DNA from: Acidimicrobiia bacterium
GTDB lineage: Bacteria; Actinomycetota; Acidimicrobiia; Spongiisociales; Spongiisociaceae
Reading direction: 5' to 3'
Assembly (NCBI GenBank): GCA_041576165.1
Contig: JBFGLM010000073.1
Coordinates: 1 to 19,470, forward strand
DNA length: 19,470 nt
Part shown: positions 17,867-19,470 of the stretch, piece by piece
Position numbering within the stretch: position 1 is the stretch's first letter
Layout of the letters: each line of letters starts with the position of its first letter
The notes under the pieces: generated by a model
What the model was told of the DNA's origin: nothing
Databases searched by the model: none
What the model saw: only the letters and a program-made list of their open reading frames with translations
Position numbers and translations under genes: made by a program

Positions 17867-18078
17867 GCTGAGAGAAGACCACTGAACGTGGCAACCCAAT
17901 ATCTGGGATCACGTGCATAATGCCGGATCCAGAGCGCCTTGCGTGACCGAGGCTCGACTCGCCTGGCCGTCGTTATGCGCTGCTCGTAGGCTCCTTGGCC
18001 GACTCCATCCCAGGTAACGGGCGAGGTAGCGTCGAGTCCTGCAGCGGGGCTCCGTTGGCCGCTGGCTAGGGTGCCCGC

Positions 18079-18447
18079 ATGTCTCGGCCCCGACGAATTG
18101 CCAGCTACATAGAGCGCCAGTACGTCTCTGAGCAAGGGGCAGTCCGTGAGAATGTCGAGGCTCTTTTTGCTGAGAATGTCGCCTACCACGTTGGGGGTCA
18201 GACCCTCACCCGTGAAGACATCGTGAAAGCCGTCACCGCCGTCAGAGAAAGCCCCCGGAGGGGTCGGCGGGTTGAGCCGTCCGCTTTTGAAGAGGACGGT
18301 GACATCGTGAGCTGGCACATCTCGGCAACCCTCCCGACCATGGGCGAGGACGGCAGTGACCTCAGCCAAGAGAGTGACCTACGCGCCGTATTCAATGCGG
18401 ACAACAAGATCGAAGAGGTTTGGTCTGTGGACACGAGCACCAGCTGA
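18079..18447 (+). CDS. Small hypothetical protein, possibly SnoaL/NTF2-like fold
   Basis: 122 aa; pattern 'ALFAENVAYH...EDGDIV...FNADNKIEEVW' resembles the NTF2-like family. Confidence 0.6.
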   Translation: MSRPRRIASYIERQYVSEQGAVRENVEALFAENVAYHVGGQTLTREDIVKAVTAVRESPRRGRRVEPSAFEEDGDIVSWHISATLPTMGEDGSDLSQESDLRAVFNADNKIEEVWSVDTSTS

Positions 18448-18707
18448 ATTGCGTTGGCCACCAACAGTCAGCCGAGTCCGTGCTCTTCCCTCGACCAACC
18501 GCCCATATCGAGGCACGTACGCGCTCGTTGAGGCTGGCCGCAGGGAACTGCCCTCATAGATGGTGATTGACGGTTGCAGGGGTCGGAACGTCCTCACCTC
18601 CGCCCAGGGTGGGGGACTAATCGACACCACTCTGAGTAGTTGGCTAGGGTCGTCAAAGCGACCCCATTGTGAGTGGGGTGGGACGAGGCTTAGTGAGGAG
18701 GTCAAGG

Positions 18708-19142
18708 GTGAAGCGAGTACTTGTCTTTGCAGCAGTCGTGGCTCTGGTTAGTGGTGTGTCGGCGTCCGCTGCCGCCGCCGGAGCAGTTGTCGACCGGGTG
18801 GAAGGACCGTTTGACACGGTGGTGCCGGTCGCCTTCGCCGACAACCCGGCTGGCGTCGAGCTGATGTTCGCAGAATGCGACTTCGTGCACCGTGTGGAGC
18901 GGCCGGATGGATCAGCCATGGAGACTCAGACCTGCCATCTGACTGATCCCTTCTTCGAGTTTCCGGGCACGCCGCCGACGAGGGCTTTCAATCCACCGCC
19001 TGGTCCGTGCCTATGGTTCTCGGACTACTTCTCGCAGACCACTGGCGAGGATGTTTGGGCCGAGAGTGTGAAGCTGACCGTGACACCCGCAGGCATAGTG
19101 AACGTCACCACGATGTACCCTGCCGAGCCGTTGCAGTGCTAA
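18708..19142 (+). CDS. Hypothetical secreted protein with four Cys
   Basis: RBS GAGGAGG at 18695-18701, GTG start, signal peptide MKRVLVFAAVVALVSGVSASAAAA. Confidence 0.75.
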   Translation: MKRVLVFAAVVALVSGVSASAAAAGAVVDRVEGPFDTVVPVAFADNPAGVELMFAECDFVHRVERPDGSAMETQTCHLTDPFFEFPGTPPTRAFNPPPGPCLWFSDYFSQTTGEDVWAESVKLTVTPAGIVNVTTMYPAEPLQC

Positions 19143-19167
19143 GTAGATGGCGTGGGGGGACGGTCGA

Positions 19168-19196
19168 GATGAAGCGCCTTCGCAGGGCGCTTCATC
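19168..19196 (+). terminator. Hairpin, probable terminator of the secreted-protein gene
   Basis: Perfect 11-bp stem GATGAAGCGCC/GGCGCTTCATC 25 nt after the stop; no U-tract. Confidence 0.55.
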
Positions 19197-19470
19197 CGCG
19201 TCACCGCAACCTCGATCATGACCACGGCGAAGACATCACCGGGAACGAGGCGAAGACCCTCCGGCCACCACAGGAGGCGCACAGACCACCAAATCGGGCT
19301 GACGAACGCACACTCCAGCGAGTGTCCGATATCGGCACTTACAGGAGCGGTTGAGAACTGCCGGATCCCGGACTGTGGTGGGTGCTCGATAGCGCTCGCG
19401 GCGGTAGCTGATCTGGGCGGAGCGGAGCACCAAGCCGCACGAGCGAGCGCGAACCGAGGGTTCGCTATCG

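Larger units (their letters stand above)
13030..19470. mobile_element. tRNA-Val-integrated mobilisable element (int-xis-MOBF relaxase-cargo); right boundary outside window
   Basis: Tyrosine integrase converging on the tRNA 3' end, excisionase, relaxase-helicase and small cargo ORFs. No repeat of the tRNA 3' end seen in the window. Confidence 0.85.

Noticed and set aside
17900-17940. Chromosomal dif site
   Set aside because: Only a XerC-like half (GTGCATAA); no TTATGT XerD arm 6 bp away.
1-19470. CRISPR array, rRNA, IS transposase, anti-phage defence genes
   Set aside because: No regularly spaced repeat-spacer units or recognisable signatures found by eye.

Overview
High-GC bacterial window; an actinobacterial-like origin is inferred from the protein styles. 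The left part (1-12.9 kb) is chromosomal backbone: a partial diacylglycerol-kinase-family gene, a single-domain response regulator, a RocA/PruA-type P5C dehydrogenase, and a run of exported proteins. That run comprises an Amidase_3 lipoprotein, two paralogous Ca-binding-repeat + M66-like zinc proteases flanking an unknown lipoprotein, and an SNase-lamin-tail lipoprotein. Next come a hypothetical protein carrying an internal ParB-type 'GLGRGL' peptide, a 4xCxxC zinc-ribbon protein and a membrane-fused spermidine-synthase-like gene. At 12955 a tRNA-Val(TAC) is followed by an integrative mobilisable element: a tyrosine integrase interrupted by one in-frame TGA, three 11-bp-phased arm-type repeats, an excisionase, a MOBF relaxase-helicase with a His-to-Glu change in its metal-binding motif, and small cargo genes separated by strongly palindromic non-coding DNA. 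The element's right end lies outside the window. All calls come from manual motif reading; no searches or folding programs were run.
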